From Sphyrna mokarran (taxonomy: Eukaryota): a stretch of 64,000 nucleotides of DNA. The notes under the pieces were generated by a model. The model had not been told where the DNA came from, did no database searches, and saw nothing but the letters and a program-made list of their open reading frames with translations. Within the stretch, counting starts at the first letter, position 1; each line of letters begins with the position of its first letter. Shown here piece after piece: positions 1 to 12,075 of the stretch. The translations under genes were made by a program, and so were the position numbers. The stretch lies in NCBI GenBank assembly GCA_024679065.1, contig JAGIQG010000018.1:16926001-16990000 (forward strand), written 5' to 3'.

Positions 1-229
1 AATTGACCCACGGATGAGCCTCTCTCATCATGGGTAAATCCCAGTGAAGGTGGTGTGATGATTAGCTTGGCACTGCTGCTAAGGTGCCTAATTTTACTGT
101 TTGCCTGATATACCATGTCAGGATGAGGGAGTCTTAATAGCCAAGTTTCGCTCAAGCTTTCTCTTGATATCCCTGGCTCTCATAAGGGCCTCAACCAGCT
201 GAAGAAATGAAGAAGCTGCAGTTGTCCTT

Positions 230-1050
230 AATGTAGGGAAAATTGAGAGGAAGTTTGATGGAAGTATTCAAAATTATGAATGATTTTGATAGAGTGAAAA
301 CAGCAATTATTAGTGAGGCAGAATTGCAGAATAGTTGCAGCACAGGAAGAGGCCGTTTGCCTCATCAAGTTGGTACTAGCTGTCCGCAAGGACAACTTAG
401 CTAGTCTCACTTCCCTGCTGTTTCCCCATAGCTGTGCAAATCTCTTCAAGTAAATATTCTTTTTGAAAGCCACAATTGAACCTGCCTTCACTCTCAGGCA
501 ATGCATTCCAGATCCTAATTACTCACTGCGTAAAAAAGCTTTTCCTCGTATTGTCTCTCGTTTTTGGCCCATCATGTTAAATTAGTGTCCTTTGATTCGC
601 GTCTCTTCCACCAATGGGAGCTGTTTCTCCCTGTCCACTCGTGATTTTGAATATCTCTACCAACTCCCTCCTTATTCTTTTCTCCTCTAAACAGGACAAC
701 CCAGGGGTGGGGATAGCGCGAGGACACAGACTTAAGGTGGTTGGCAAAGAAAGCAGAGGTTGCACAAGGAAACAATTTTTACACATGAAGTTTTTTGTGA
801 TCTGCACTGATTGAAAGAGTGAAAATAGATTCAGTAGTACGGTTAAGAAATAGAATTGGATAAATACTTGAAAACAAATTATAGGACTGGACAAATTAGA
901 CTGAAGAGCTGTTTCTATGCTGTAAACTTTTATGACTCCATGACTGTGAGATAAGAGCAAGGGAGTGGAATTAATTTAATTACTCCACCAAATAGCTAGC
1001 ACGGGTGTGATGGGCAGCAAGACCTCCTTCAGTGCTGTATCATGATATTA
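230..1050. mobile_element. Cluster of degraded CR1-like LINE 3' fragments, both orientations
   Basis: Remnants such as gaagtattcaaaattatgaatgattttgataga and cgcgaggacacagacttaagg (RGHRLK); minus-strand tail at about 330-690. Confidence 0.6.
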
Positions 1051-1589
1051 TGAACTAAGATTAAATAACTGATACAAATCTTTTGTCAGTGGATCAACTT
1101 AGCACAATGAGTATTACGCAACTTGGTTGGTAATCTGGAGGAGCTCTCCATCATAGTCAAACCTTCCTAATCTTCATCCCATTGATTTCAATGGGGTGAA
1201 AGTAAGCTGAGAGACTCATTCCATTCGCCGTCTGAACGGCAAAGGGGTAATTAGCTTCAGTGGCCACAGAAATGAATTCGCTCTACACATTTACCGTCAA
1301 CTGCTACACAGAGTCAAGTCTTCCACCTTCTCAGATCTGTCTGGCAGGTTGACTGGATAGCAGATTCCTGGTATCTACTTTACAGCAAGATAGACATGAC
1401 ACATGTAATTGGACTTTCATCTAGTGTGATGTTATTAATTAGCATGGATGTTTTTGTGTATGTTGCCAAGAATTCTATGTATTAAACTCTTAATGTGATA
1501 ACAAATTTGACACAAATTAAGTGTCCAGGTTTAACTCTGGAAGACACTATCAATAAGGGTGGCAGAATCAGGTTCCATCATACATTCTA

Positions 1590-1740
1590 AAGAAAATAGG
1601 ATACGTACTTGCAAGGGACATAGTTTCAGTTTTACAGGGGAAAAGCTGGAGTGTGGGATTAAGATGGACAATTCTTTGAAATAGCTGGTGCAGATGTGTT
1701 GGACCGAATGGCTCCCTTCCGTTCTGTATGATTCTATGAT
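1590..1740 (+). mobile_element. CR1/HER1 LINE 3' tail
   Basis: ggaccgaatggctcccttccgttctgtatgattctatgat terminus. Confidence 0.6.
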
Positions 1741-2448
1741 AGTTGGATTGTTTTACAGTAATGCTTACTCAGCTCTGAGTGTTAACCTGTATAATTATGT
1801 TCAAACTAAACAGCACAAGTAATTGCTGTAGAGATGTTTGGAAAGTTGCCTTCACTTGGTCAGCAAGTGCAGACACACTGAGAGGACCCTCAGACTGTTC
1901 TCTACACCTGGACTGTCAGCATTGGCAGCGTAGAGTAAAATTCCAGCAGCAATCTGAAAATTCATGCAAAAGTCATTCATCCGAATTGCACAGCAGGAAA
2001 AGCCTTTGTGACCGATATTGTTTTAATAAATAATGTCATATAATTGAAGATTATATTGAATAAAATGTCACTCCGCAGTAAATATATACAATTAAGTTAA
2101 ATTCATGATGGATGGTAAATTTTACATAATTCAAATGACACAAATAACTTTTTTCTTTTAATAATTGTCCAATAACTTTGATTTAGTAAGTGCTGCCAGT
2201 AACCTGGAGTTAGAGCAAACTCCATACTTCATATATTAATGAGGTGAGCCATCCGACTGCAGGGGCACTTTATACACTGGGAGTAATGTTAACCCTTTCC
2301 AGCCCAGGAAGCTGCAATCAGTAAAGCAACATCAAAGCTCACTGGATATCACCTGCAATGCAAAATCAGCAGTCTATTTATCCGGCCTGGCTGCCTGATA
2401 CCAGCAGAGTAATCGGACACGTGTAGAATTTTTATATAAGGAAAGAAC

Positions 2449-2741
2449 AGGCAGCACAGTGGCATAGTGGTTAGCATTGCTGTCTCACAGCACCAAGGAT
2501 CTGGGTTCAATTCTGGTCTTGGGTCACTGACTGGGTGGAGTTTGTCCGTATGGATTTCCTCACACAATCCAAAGATGTGCGGTTAGATTAATTGGCCATG
2601 CTAAATTGTTCCTAATGTCAGGGGAATTAGCAGAGTAAATATGAGGGGTTACGGGAATAGGGCCAGATTGGGATTGTGGTCAGTGCAGATTCTTTTGGGC
2701 TGAATGGCCTCCTTCTGAATTGCAGGGATTTTGTGATTCTA
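2449..2741 (+). mobile_element. HE1-type tRNA-derived SINE
   Basis: Head ggcagcacagtggcatagtggttagc (A box), gggttcaattc (B box), central core, LINE-derived tail ggctgaatggcctccttct...gattcta. Confidence 0.85.
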
Positions 2742-2979
2742 ATGGGAATAAATGATTTATATGTTTGGCTCAAAGGTGGTTTCTACGCCAAGCACAGAGA
2801 TAAGAAGATTTAGACATTGCTGTAAGCAGACTTTCAGAATTCAATATTCTTTTTTTCCTTTCATCCCTCCTCATTCTCCTGAAGAGGTGGGTGTTAGGCA
2901 ACAGAGGTAGTTTTAAATAATCAATATCTGTATGGGTATTAGAAATAAGCTGCAAGTAAATTTAATGTTTGTGGTAAAA

Positions 2980-3090
2980 TTAAACTACTGCTGGTGCTGG
3001 AATGTGAAACAAAGGCAGAAAATGCAAAGTCTTAGCATCTGCGAAGAGAGAAACAGCGTTAACGTTTTAAATCATGATGATCCTTCGTGG
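2980..3090 (-). mobile_element. Penelope-like terminal repeat fragment
   Basis: gctggaatgtgaaacaaaggcagaaaatgc...gagagaaacagcgttaacgttt, related to the termini at 13915, 38510 and 58620. Confidence 0.55.
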
Positions 3091-3237
3091 TTTGAGACTT
3101 TGTGCTTCTGCAGTTCAAAGAGTTAATTACTTCAGTTTGTTTCAGATGTTTGTATGGTAATGAGTTTGCAAAGTGAAAACAAACAGTATTTAAAAGATTA
3201 GATTGTTTCTTAGCCATTGCCTGTATTATTAGTCCAG

Positions 3238-5208
3238 ATGTGGAGATGCAGGCATTGGACTGAGGTAAGCACAGTAAGAAGTCTCACAACACCAGGTTAA
3301 AGTCCAACATGTTTATTTGGTAGCACAAGCCACAAGCTTTCAGAACACTGCCCCTTCATCAGGTGAGTGGGAGTTGTGTTCACAAACACGGCATATATAG
3401 ACACAAACTCAATTTACAAGATAATCGTTAGAATGCAAGTCTTTACAGATAATCAAGTTCTAAAGGTACAGACAATCTAAGTGGAGAGAGGATTAAAGAG
3501 GTGTGTATTGTCTCCAGCCAGGACACTTGGTGAGATTTTGCAAATCCAGGCAAGTCATGGGGGTTACAGATAGTGTGACATGAATCCAAGATCCCACTTG
3601 AGGCCGTCCTAATGTGTGCAGAAACTTGGCTATCAGTTTCTGCTCAGCGATTCTGCGCTGTCATGGGTCATGAAGGCCGCCTTGGAGAACATTTACCCGA
3701 AGATCAGAGGCCGACTGCCCGTGACTGCTGAAGTGTTCCCCAACAGGAAGAGAGTATTCCTGCCTGGTGATTGTTGAGCGGTGTTCATTCACCTGTTGTT
3801 GTAATGTCTACATGGTCTCTCAAATGTACTATACCTCGGGACATCCATTCCTGCAGCATATCAGGTAGACAACGTTGGCTGAATTGGAAGAGTATGTACC
3901 ATGTACCTGCTGGATGGTGTTCTCACGTGAGATGATGGATCCGTGTCGATGATCTGACATGTCTTACAGAGGTTGCTGTGGCAGGATTGTGTGATGTCTT
4001 GGTCACTGTCTCCTGAAGGCTGGGTAGTTTGCTGCAGACATTAGTCTGTTTGAGATTGTGCAGTTGTTTGAAGGCAAAAGGTGGAGATGTGGGATAGCCT
4101 TAGCGAGATGTTCGTCTTCACCAATGACATATTGAAGGCTCCAGAAAAGATATTGTACCTTCTTCTGTCCGGGCAAGTACTGGATAATGAAAGATACTCT
4201 GTTCACTGTATCCCGTGTTTGTCTTTTGAGGAGGTCAGTGTGGTTTTTCACTGTAGTGTGTCAGAACTGTCGATCGATGCGTCAAGTGTCATATCCTGTT
4301 CTTATGAGGGTATCATTTCAGCATCTGGAGGTGTCTTTTGTGATCCTCCTCATCTGAGTGGATTGCTAAGGCCATTCCAATACCCTCCACTTCTTGCCTG
4401 TAAACAACCGCACAACCTCAAACAGACCAATTTCCACAAAACTATCCAGCCTTCAGGAGAACAGTGACCACAACACCACACAACCCTGCCACAGCAACCT
4501 CTGCAAGATGTGTTGGATCATCGACATGGATGCTATCATCTCACGTGAGAACACTATTCGTCAGATACACAGTACGTACTGTTGCAACTCGGCCAACATT
4601 ATCTATCTAATACGCTGCAGGAAAGAATGTTCTGAGGTATGGTACATTTTGGAGACCATGCAGATGCTGCGACAACAGATGAATGAACACCGCTGGATAA
4701 TCACCAGGCAGGAGTGTTCTCTTTCTGTTGGGGAACACTTCAGCAGTCACAGGCATTCAGCTTCTGATCTTCAGGTAAGCATTCTCCAAGGTGGCCTTCA
4801 TGACCCGCGACAATACAGAATCACTGAGCAGAAACTGATAGCCAAGTTCTCACACGTGAAGAAAGCCTCAATTGGAATTTTGGGTTCATGTCACATTAGC
4901 TGTAACTCCCATAACTTGCCTAAGCTTGCAAAATCTCACTAATTGTCCTGGGGAGACAAATACACACCTCTTTAACCTATGCTTAACCCTCTCTCCATTC
5001 ATGTCGTTTTTTACCTTTAAGACTTGATTACCTGTAAAGACTCACATTCCAACTTTTATCTTGTAAACTGAGTTTGTGTCTGTATATGCTGTGTTTGTGA
5101 ACACAACTCTGACTCACCTGATAAAGGGCCAGTACTCCGAAAGCTTGTGGCTTGTGTTACCAAATAAATTAGTTGGACTTTAACATGGTGTTGTGAGACT
5201 TCCTACAG
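3238..5208. mobile_element. Penelope-like retroelement (GIY-YIG end plus terminal repeats), inverted arrangement, with TSD
   Basis: ORF 4394-4942 carries the PLE Cys linker and GIY-YIG (CKMC...CNSANIIYLIRC...WYILET...RQQMNEH...VGEHFS...EQKLI). About 3272-4105 is the reverse complement of about 4364-5208. Flanks ttattagtccag (3226-3237) and ttattagcccag (5209-5220). Confidence 0.9.
3331..3367 (-). ncRNA. Minimal type I hammerhead ribozyme motif in a Penelope terminal repeat
   Basis: Minus strand reads UCAC-CUGAUGA-A-GGGGC AGU GUUCU-GAAA-GC-UU-GUGG: intact core, stem II with G-U pairs, stem I UCAC/GUGG, palindromic AGCU in place of stem III. Confidence 0.7.
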
Positions 5209-5927
5209 TTATTAGCCCAGGCCATTGTTCATTAGTCCAGTAAAATAACCAATAGACTGCAGTTTATCTGTAATGTTTAACCATTTGGATGGGTAGTGGG
5301 GAAGGAATTGCCACAGTTAAACCTTGTACTCTCACTGACATCAATGGGGTTATTGAATAATGAGCAGGCCTGGAGCCTTGGCTGATCTTTCTTCACCCAG
5401 TCTACCCTGAGGCATTGTGACTAATTGATGGCTTCCACCACTGCGCTGATAGAAATTGGTTATCTGGGTACCATAATTTGAATTAGGCACCCAACTGACT
5501 TAATACTTCATACAGTGACACATCAGGGGAGCTCAAGCAGTTAAAGATTTTTGTGCTTTACAAAAATGAATATTAGTAAACGTTTTGCATGATCTGATTC
5601 CATGTTCAGTAGGTTAAGTGGAATAGCAGCCACAAAATTGTCTATTCCTGTGCTGTCATCAGTTGTGGAGTGGCACTGGCAACATTACTAGTTTCTGATG
5701 GAAAGCAATTAAATCGTGTGGAACAACAGAGTGGTGAGAATGTGGAACTCTGCCACATCAAGGTGAATAAGGAAGGTTTGCTAAGTACATAATGGATAGA
5801 GTTATGTGAAGCAGGGAAGAAGGTGGCTTGTCTGCAGCAGTGATAATATTGTAATTATTGATATTCTGACAGCAAAATTTAAGAAAAGACATTTTAATCA
5901 TTGGATGTAATTTTTCTGTTTGCCTAG

Positions 5928-6111
5928 TATTACAAAGGAAAGGACGGAGGTTATAATTCAAGGGACAATGAGTCAAGATCCTCAAGACCCCAGTGCCTTG
6001 TGGGAGGAATACGAGTTCAAGTGTAAACCTGGTGATCTGAAGCGAAGACCATGCATTATCACTCCGTACCATTACCGACTTGACTGGCTTATGTGGTTTG
6101 CTGCGTTCCAG
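5928..6111 (+). CDS. LMF1: Lipase maturation factor 1, internal coding exon (probably exon 9 equivalent), 184 bp
   Basis: Translates (S)ITKERTEVIIQGTMSQDPQDPSALWEEYEFKCKPGDLKRRPCIITPYHYRLDWLMWFAAFQ, with the LMF1 motif PYHYRLDWLMWFAAFQ. Acceptor tttttctgtttgcctag|T (phase 2). Donor CAG|gcaagt (phase 0, GC type). Confidence 0.96.
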
Positions 6112-6199
6112 GCAAGTGCTTTGTTGGCTGTTTGAATCAATTAATCAGTGAATTGAGCAAATCAAAATGTGATACTTGCTTTCTGTGATTAAATATGGA

Positions 6200-7060
6200 T
6201 ATACAAGACAGGAGCAGAAGTAGGCCACTCAGCCATTCCAACCTCCTCTGCCATTCAATACGATCATGGCTGTTCTGTTTGTGTTGAGCTCCACAATCCC
6301 TATCTATCTCCGATAATCTTTGATCCCTTTGGCAAGTAAGAATCTATCTAATTCCACCTTAAAGATATCCAGTGCCTCTACTTCCACTGTCTTCTGAGGC
6401 AGAAAGTTCCAAAGTCCCAAAACCCCAGGAGAAAAAACTTCTCCTTGTCTTTGACCTACAAGGGCCATCCCTAATTTTAAAACAAAATTCCCTAGTTCTG
6501 GACTTGCCCATAGGAAGAAACATCCTTTCAATGTCCACCTTGTCAATGCCATTCAGGATCTTGTAGACTTCAATCAAGTCACCCTTCATTCTCTTTCTCT
6601 TAAACTCTCAGGGAAAGAAGCCCAGCCTGTACAAGCTTTCCTTACAAGACAGGTCATTCATTCCAGGTATCAATCTATTAAACCTCCTGTGACCTACCTC
6701 AAATGCTTTCATATCTCTCCATAAATGAGTCCAAAATTACATACGGTATTTAAGACATGGCATCACCAATGCCTTGTATAACTGAAGCATTCCTTATTTT
6801 ATGTTCAGTTCCTCTTGTAATAAAGGATAACATTCCATTAGCTTTCTTGATCATGTACTGTACCTTCATGCTGACCTTTTGTGACTCAAGCATGAGAACA
6901 CCTAAATCCTGCTGTCCCTTGGCATCTGCAGTCTTTTCCCATTTACGTAATATTCTTTTTTTTAACTTTTCCTGCCAGAGTGAACAACTGCACACTTTTC
7001 ATCATTATGCTCCATTTATCAGATTTTTACCCACTCACTCAAGCTATCTAATATCCATAA
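6200..7060 (-). mobile_element. CR1 LINE 3' part (RT C-terminus and tail)
   Basis: ORFs read KGDLIEVYKILNGIDKVD and DLGVL..ESQKVS..V...IKKANGMLSFI; tail ggagcagaagtaggcc. Confidence 0.85.
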
Positions 7061-7061
7061 A

Positions 7062-7815
7062 ACCATAAGATATAAGAGCAGAATTAGGCCATTCAGCCCA
7101 TCAAGTCTGCTCCGCTATTTGATCATGGCTGATGTGTTTCTCAACCCCGTTCTGCTGCCTTTCCCATGTAACCTTGGATACCCTTACCAATCAAAAACTC
7201 TTTGTCTTGAATATACTCAATGACATGGCCTACACAGCCTTCTGTGGCAATGAATTCCACAGAATCATCACCGCCTGGTGAAGAAATTCCTCCTCATCTC
7301 AGTTCGAAAGGGAGACCCCTTTACTAGAGATCGTACCTCGGGTCCTAGTTTCTTCTCCTAATGGAAACATCTTTCCTACGTCCACTCTATTCCGGACTTT
7401 CTGTATCCTGTAAGTTTCAATGAGATTCTCCTTCATCCTTCTAAATTCCATCTAGTACAGACCCAGCATCCCCAGTGTCCCTCCTCATATGTCAAGCCTT
7501 TCATTCCCAGAATCATTCTTATGAACCTCCTCTGGACCTTCTCCAAGGCCAGCGCATACTGCCTTAGATACGGGGCCAAAAATTGCTCACATATTCCAAA
7601 TGTGGCCTGATTAAAGCTTTTTAAAGCCTCGCTAATACGTACCTACTTTTGTATTTTAGTCTTCTCAAAATGAATGCTAACATTGCATTTGCTTTCTGAA
7701 CCACCGACTCAACCTGCACGTTAACCTTAAGAGAATCCTGAACTAGGACTTCCAAGTCCCTTTGCACTTCTGATTTCTGAATTCTTTCCCATTTAGAAAA
7801 TAGTCTATGCATTTA
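7062..7815 (-). mobile_element. CR1 LINE 3' part
   Basis: ORF reads VQRDLEVLVQDSLKVNVQVESVVQKANAMLAFI; tail ccataagatataagagcagaattaggcc. Confidence 0.85.
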
Positions 7816-7996
7816 TTCTTTAAGCTTTGACAAAGCTTAACCATATCTCTTAATGCAGCTCTGTGTCAGTTTTTGTTTAAAGCTCTTATGAAATGATTTG
7901 GGACATTCTACTGTGTTGCTACATAAATGCAACTTGATCTTATTAAACTTGGTGGCACTATATTCATTTAAAAGCCCCTAATTTTATTGGAATGGA

Positions 7997-8400
7997 AACA
8001 TAGAAAACAGAATAGGCCATTTGGCCCTTTCAGCCTATTCTGCCATTCAATGAAATCATGGCTGATTATCTGTCTTAAAATTCCTACAATTTTCCCACAC
8101 ATCTTGACACCTTCAGAGTCTAGAAATCTATTTCCTTATATTCAGTGACTTGGTCTCCACAGCCTTCTGTGGTAGAGAATTCCACAGAGTCACCACACTC
8201 CTGGTGAACCTTCACTGCACTACTTCTATGGAAAATATATCCTTTCTTAGATAAGGAGATCATAACTGGACACAACACTCCAGTTGTGGTCTCACCAAGG
8301 CCCTGTACAGCTGCAATAGGATTCACTTTTGCACTCAAATCCTCTTGCAATGAAGACCAATATAACATTTGCCTTTCAAACTGTTCACTGTACCTGCATT
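7997..8400 (-). mobile_element. CR1 LINE 3' fragment with internal deletions
   Basis: Tail catagaaaacagaataggccatttggccc; RT remnant ggacacaacactccagttgtggtctcaccaagg. Confidence 0.75.
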
Positions 8401-8954
8401 ATTTTTGTTTTGTCCACATTTCTCGTGTCCTTTTCTTTATTGTAATATGTTCTTTCTATGTTTGTCTCATCGTCCATGCGTCACGTTTACTGCCATTACA
8501 TTTTCCTTTATTCTAATGACCTGAACAAGGGCTACTCTGGAAACCCTTCTAGTCTAAGCCAAATAGGAACGTTAGGAGCAGGCAGATCCATTTAACCTTT
8601 CTAGCCGACTTTGCTGTTCACTTGAATTGTAGCCACTCTGCAGCTCATTAAATTATCCCATTCGATTGCATCTTCAAGTAGATTTATGGACTGAAAAGCC
8701 TCAGAATTTGCAAATTGGCTTTAAAATCAAGCATCTCAATCAACTTTGTTCCGGTGGAAATCACGGAAAGATGAAGTGCCGTGCAAGATAATTACTCATA
8801 AATGCACTATACCTATTTACAACCACTTCAGTTTAGCCCTTGGTGCAAAACTGCACCAATCTAGGTTTGACTCGATAGCCTCTTCTGATCTGTAGGGATT
8901 CTATGATCCTACAAATACGAGCTGTAAAGGTTATTATACCTTATATCATAAAGA

Positions 8955-9150
8955 TAAAAGTGACATCATCACAGTTCCAGATGACCATAGGTTGCTCCCC
9001 CTTTGAGGGGCAGAGCTGACTGTTGATGATTTTAATCAGAGTGAAGGTTGAGAATTCATGAATATCCTCAGCTGGTACAGGAATTGAACCCGCGCTGTTT
9101 ATGTCACTCTGCACTACGAACCAGCCATCCAGCCAGCTGAGCTAACCAAC
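8955..9150 (-). mobile_element. tRNA-derived SINE (second family)
   Basis: Reverse complement starts ggttagctcagctggctggatggctgg...gggttcaattcc; homologous to the + copy at 20530-20755. Confidence 0.75.
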
Positions 9151-9869
9151 TCCTCATCATACTTGAAATCATACTGTGGTGATATAAAGTACAGAGATGG
9201 ACTGTCAACATCTCACTTTAAAGATGCAAGTATCGCTAACAGTATTTTAAACTGCTGAGAATATGCATGCAGCACCCAAAGGTAATGGTAACATTATATT
9301 TCTTAAGTAAACTGGTCAGCCTGCATATTGTCACACAGATTTAGCACGTCGAAAAATCCAGGCAGGAAGTATATTTTTCACCACTGACAGGGCATCTTTC
9401 CTCAAACTCTACTCGGTACCTGACACTTTATTTCACCAACCGCCTCGGAAAATATTTTCCAAATGTTTACTGTAATTAATGTCCTATCCTAAAAGGAGAA
9501 TGTGCTGATTGATGGGCTTGGAATCTGTCACTGAGTGACGACCTCTTGCTTATCACTTGCTTTATTATATATAAGGTTAGTAGTTTTAAGTAAAGAGAAT
9601 GCCAGAAATTCAAGGTATGTTAAAATGAAAATGCAAGTTCAGGCGGTATCGGTCCGCTGCTTAAAAATGAAATGTTTTCATGGAGAAATGCTTCCTTTTT
9701 TCCCACCCAAAGTATATTTTTTGAATGCACTGATACATTGGTCTGTGGATTTAAAACATATAAAGATTACAAAAATAAATCTATACAGTATTTTTCTTCC
9801 ACCTTAGCTTTAATGTTTCTTAACAGAAAAAGGAATGTTTACCCACTAAAGTGACTGTATATTAAGGCT

Positions 9870-10345
9870 AATACTTGCTGTAGTACTAGAAGAGTGCCAC
9901 ACTGTTAGAGATTCTGCCTTTGCGATGAGATATTAGTCTGCCCTCATGAATGAACATGTATCATCCGATGGTATTTATTTATTTAAATAAATTAGATAAT
10001 TTATATTTAAAGGAGCTCAAGGGAATTTGCCTCATGTCCTAACTGATATTTATCCCTCAGTTATCTTCATTAAGATTAAATATCAGGTCATTATCACGTT
10101 GCTATTTGTGGGACCTTGCTCTGCGGAAATTGGCTGCTGCATTGCAACAGTCATTCTACATCAAACAAACTACTTTGACTGAAGGTCTTTCTTTATCCCT
10201 AAAACAGATTAATTAGTCATTTATCTCGTTACTACGTGCAGTTTGGTTGCAGAATTTCTCAATATGGCAATGACTCTCAAACAAAACTATTTAATGCACT
10301 GTAAAGCAGTTTGGAATTTCCTGAAGCTGTGAAACGCTCCATACC
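9870..10345 (+). mobile_element. Deu-domain SINE (SacSINE1/AmnSINE-like), degraded
   Basis: Contains gatatttatccctca, ggtcattatcacgttgctatttgtggga, aaattggctgctgc and the tail ctgtaaagc...ctgaag..gtgaaa. Confidence 0.7.
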
Positions 10346-11190
10346 AAAGTACGTGCCTTATGTTATTTACCTCCTTTCTTGCTGTCTTTCTCATTAGCAG
10401 TTTTCTTCTTTGTTCTTTTTTCTCTCCTACTAACACATAATTCTGTATTGTCCTTTCACAAGAAAGATATCCTCCACATCATCCCATGGTCCCAAGCCTG
10501 ATTATGCGATGCTGTTATCCCACACTGAACAAGATTTTCAGCATCCACACCATCACCTTCCCCAACAATACTGCATTACACTGCAATATGTTCCAAGGCA
10601 TGCACCACTGCCCTGCACCGTTATTGTAAGCCGTTGCTCATTATTGTCCTCTGTAAACCAACTTTCCAAACTGTGCCACAGCAGTCTCTGGGGAGATGTT
10701 GTGATTACCTCCCAACCCAGGCTGCTTCATTTTTAAAAATTTGTTTGGTCGTGCAATGTGAGTATCGCTGGTAAGTCATTTCTTTCCAATTTCAAATTGC
10801 CCTTGATAAGATGGTGGGCTTGAACCACTGCAGTCCATGTGGTGTAGGCATATCTGCAATGCTATTATGCCATAATGTACAACACTATAATTGTCCCTGG
10901 CCCATTTTTTCAGTCCACATAGTATTTCCAGGACAGAAATCTCCTCCTCCAAACAACTCTCATATAATATGTCACCATTTCTACACCTGTGATAGAACAT
11001 GAGAGTGTTGGGAATGTGATTAAACTCATGGTACAGACTTTGTTTATGCACTTCAGGATCGCAGAATAAAATATATGGAGGCCTTGCATTTAGAACTTGC
11101 AACTTGATAGGATTATTTGTCAAAACAGCCGATCGCTTTGCTCTATGAATCTCCTCTTTTTGTCTCATATCCATCTGTACCATGTAAATA

Positions 11191-11502
11191 AGGGCGGCAC
11201 AGTGCCAGGGACCCAGATTCAATTCCAGCCTTGGGTGACTGTATGGATTTTGCATGTTCTCCTCATGTCTGCATGGATTTTCCCCGAGTGCTCCAGCTTC
11301 CTCCCATAGTCCAACAATGTGCAGGTTAGGTGGATTGGCCATGTTCATGGCCCAGTAGTGTGCCACGACCTGAGGGTTAGGGGGATTAGCAGGATAAATA
11401 CGTATGGTTACGGAGATAGGGACTGAGCAAAATGCTCTGGCGAACAGTGAGTGCAGAGTCAATGAACGGAATGGTCTCCTTCTGCACTCGAGGGATTTTA
11501 TG
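11191..11502 (+). mobile_element. HE1-type SINE
   Basis: gggcggcacagtg head, core tttgcatgttctcctcatgtctgc, tail gaatggtctccttctgcact. Confidence 0.85.
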
Positions 11503-11789
11503 AAATGCGCTGCCTCGCTTAAATCTCCAAAATTAGGCTTGGCTGTATTTAATGTAACCAATGTAAGAAATTACTTCGTGTTGTGAAAATCTAATCACTG
11601 ATTTATAACTTCCAGATTTAGGAATTAAAGTTTTGGTTAAAGTGGCTAAAGTGAAACTAAAGTTAAATGGATGGCATTAATTCAGAAACTGATAAGCAAC
11701 TCTTATTTAAATGCAACTCAAACAAGCCTGAGTTTATTACACTTTAAAACTACTGTATGTTTGTCTTGAAATGTCAGAATTGTTTAAAG

Positions 11790-12075
11790 TTTATTTATTT
11801 TGTGTCACAAGTAGATTTACATTAACATTGCAATAAAGTTAGTGTGAAAATTCCCTAGTTACCACACTCTGGCACCTGTTCGGGTACATTGAGGGTGAGT
11901 TTAGCTGGCCAATGTACCAGCACATTTTTTGGAGGAAGGAAACCGGAGCACTTGAAGGAAACCTATGCAGACATGGGGGGAATGTGCAAACTCTACACAG
12001 ACAGTGACCAAAGCTAGGAATCAAACCAGGGTTCCTAGTGCTGTCAGGCAGTGCTAACCACTGTGCCACTGTGGG
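11790..12075 (-). mobile_element. HE1-related SINE with alternative tail
   Basis: tRNA-like head at about 12075; tail tttatttattttgtgtcacaagtag; homologous to the + copy at 32008-32305. Confidence 0.8.

Noticed and set aside
2449-2525. tRNA gene (also at 9080-9150, 20530-20605, 61492-61560)
   Set aside because: A/B boxes run into SINE bodies and tails, with no complete cloverleaf.
4394-4942. Domesticated GIY-YIG gene
   Set aside because: It lies within a TSD-bounded Penelope copy, has a degenerate YIG motif (WYILET), and its inverted twin is also decayed.
5920-6135. 71-aa ORF as a standalone gene, or as LMF2
   Set aside because: It is an internal exon with splice sites. PYHYRLDWLMWFAAFQ fits LMF1; LMF2 has PHQPRLDWQMWFAAL as recalled.
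10776-11561. Longest ORF (261 aa, minus)
   Set aside because: It reads antisense through an HE1 SINE and a LINE tail, and shows no recognisable domain.
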